Source of the DNA: Marinicella sp.
GTDB taxonomy: Bacteria; Pseudomonadota; Gammaproteobacteria; Xanthomonadales; Marinicellaceae
Assembly: GCA_965230295.1 (NCBI GenBank)
Contig: OZ246001.1
Span: 3,520,001 to 3,584,000, forward strand
Length of the DNA stretch: 64,000 nucleotides
Direction of reading: 5' to 3'
The notes beneath the pieces are model-generated. The model made no database searches. It was not told where the DNA came from and saw only the letters and a list, made by a program, of their open reading frames with translations. Below are positions 62,193 through 64,000 of the stretch, in pieces (within the stretch, counting starts at the first letter, position 1; each line of letters begins with the position of its first letter). Position numbers and translations under genes: made by a program.

Positions 62193-63151
62193 TGATGAAA
62201 TATAAATATTTGATCAACAGCACAGCGCTGATTTTGATATTCGCATTGGTTGTGATGTATCAATATTATGCTCCTTCAGTAAAAAACAATATCGCATTGC
62301 ACGCTGAAACTGCAGTCAGTCAAGCACACACAACCAAGGGAGTGTTGCACCAAGAACAGTTAAGAAACAAGCAAGCCATACCAGCAGCTTCATTTCAACA
62401 GGTTGCTTCATTACAAGGTACATTACCTGATGGTGCAGTCAATATTGACCACAATGGCGATGTGGTTGCAGATAAAGATTTACATCGAATGTTTGATTAT
62501 TTTCTCAGTGCAACTGGGGAAATGACACAAGATCAAATCAGAAGCAGGTTGTTATCAGTGGCCAGTGATTTTTTGTCATTGGATCAGTTGGAACAGTTAA
62601 GAGATTTGTTTGACCAATATGTAGATTACTTGTCAGCAGCAGAACGCTTTGCTCTTTCACAATCTGATGCTGCTGACATCACAGAACGACTCCACGCCAT
62701 CATTGAGCTGCGTCAAGAAGTTTTGGGACCAGAATTAGCTGCGGCATTCTTTGCTGAAGAAGAGGCCTATGCCAAATATGTCTTGAATGATCATGGGATT
62801 TTGAGTTCAGATGTTGCAGAACAACAAGTGATGAAATGGTTGACTGTCGAAGCAATGGCCACCGAGTTTCATGATGTGTTGATTGAAAATGAATCTTTCA
62901 ATGAACTGCAAATCACTGCAGCAGAACGCATGATTGTCAGGAACGATCGGTATGGTGCCCAAGTGACGCAAAATCTGGCAGCATTGGATGCCAAAAACAG
63001 GGCATGGCAAGACAAGGTCAGTCAATACATCGAATTACGCACTCAATTGGCTGACAACAGTGATATGTTGCATGATCTTGAACTGAGTTATGATGACAGG
63101 GAATTGAAAAGATTGCGAGCTTATTACCAGCAAGCCAAGAACGCTAATTAG
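62192..63151 (+). CDS. Lipase-specific foldase (Lif/LipH chaperone)
   Basis: N-terminal TM anchor, SLQGTLPDG, and RMFDYFLSATGE (the RxxFDY(F/C)L(S/T)A Lif signature). Coupled to the lipase stop codon. Confidence 0.92.
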
Positions 63152-63298
63152 CAGAGCCGGTGAGGTAGGCGGAGTTCCACATTGCATTTAGAATACAGCT
63201 GTTAAAAGCCTGCAGCTTGGATTAAGTCTGCTCAGAACCTCATCCGATTTTCACCCTGCATCAGTAAAATGAAATGAACTTGATTACTCATATTGCAG

Positions 63299-64000
63299 AT
63301 GACCACCCCTGACAGCAGCATTGAACGGCTTGCCGACAAAGACTTAGACATCAATAATGAATTGATCGCCACTGCTGTGATCAACACCATGGTAGCAGAT
63401 GCCCATGCCATGCCGGTTCATTGGTATTATCAGGTGAACGACATCATGCAGGCATTTCCAAATGGCATCAGACAACTGTATGCTGCGCCTGCCAGGCATC
63501 CCAGTTCAATCATGTCATTACATTCAAAGCGGAAAGGAGGCCGCCATATTGGCGATGAGACTTTACCAGAAGTCGTGGGTTCAGTGATATTGAAAGGCAA
63601 AGCTCGACATTGGGATCAGCGTCAAATCCATTACCACCATGGGATGAAAGCAGGTGAAAATACCCTCAATGCCCACACCATACTGTGGATGCTGCAAGCC
63701 GTGATAGAGCACAACAACCGCTACCATGATTCAATCTTTTTGAAGCGTTATATAGAAAAAATGACTGCAGAAACACCGAGTCATCCAGACACATATGCAG
63801 AATCATACCACCGCGGATTTTTCGCCAATTGGGCACAAGGTAAACCCGCAAGTCAATGTGCGGCTGTGACACACGACACCCCATCTATTGGTGGTTTGGT
63901 CAGGATTGGCCCATTGGTCTTGTTGCTGTTTCATCAGGGCTATGCTTTGAGTGAGGTCAAGTCCATAGCAGCTATACATTTATCATTAACTCATCCGGAT
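63299..64000 (+). CDS. ADP-ribosylglycohydrolase-family protein, 3'-truncated by the window edge
   Basis: Not in the ORF track. Hand translation from ATG 63299 is open to the end, with ADAHAMPVHWYY, HYHHGMKAGENTLN, DTYAESYHRGFF, HDTPSIGGL and LTHPD. Confidence 0.8.
   Translation, partial: MTTPDSSIERLADKDLDINNELIATAVINTMVADAHAMPVHWYYQVNDIMQAFPNGIRQLYAAPARHPSSIMSLHSKRKGGRHIGDETLPEVVGSVILKGKARHWDQRQIHYHHGMKAGENTLNAHTILWMLQAVIEHNNRYHDSIFLKRYIEKMTAETPSHPDTYAESYHRGFFANWAQGKPASQCAAVTHDTPSIGGLVRIGPLVLLLFHQGYALSEVKSIAAIHLSLTHPD

Noticed and set aside
63157-63185. Resemblance to the tRNA-Sec D-arm (CCGGTGAGG)
   Set aside because: There is no TCA anticodon stem-loop, GTTCGA T-loop or acceptor stem.

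Overview
This is an ordinary chromosomal window from a moderately AT-rich gammaproteobacterium. Gene content and motifs suggest a Marinicella/Xanthomonadales-like marine lineage (inference, not verified). It is gene-dense and mostly housekeeping: recCBD, proC, a SWIM-SNF2 helicase, Lrp with phhAB, an ArsR-methyltransferase regulator with metH, a large NAD-glutamate dehydrogenase, three small cytochromes c, pyrD-murB, etfBA with an ALDH7-type dehydrogenase, sulfotransferase-rmlBACD-manC-IMPase-cysQ, a 954-aa secreted Asp-box protein, msrPQ-thrE, serC-cvfB, two GGDEF proteins, cysK/cysG/cysB, a frameshifted lipase with its foldase, and a truncated ADP-ribosylglycohydrolase. I saw no rRNA, tRNA, CRISPR array, transposase, integrase or prophage, and no convincing new multi-gene system. 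The best leads are small. (1) A DxIFxxGFE tag, which I recall as normally C-terminal, sits inside the secreted protein between Pro-rich linkers. (2) Several GTCAT...ATGAC palindromic elements occur, one with a perfect 29-bp inverted repeat around a 238-bp spacer. (3) Tandem MetJ-type boxes at cysG/cysB coexist with a SahR/SamR-type operator at metH. (4) There are candidate structured leaders before gdhB and a YfcC transporter. (5) There are PsrA-like boxes, and a single-base frameshift in the lipase. All calls come from motif recognition by eye; no searches or folding programs were run.
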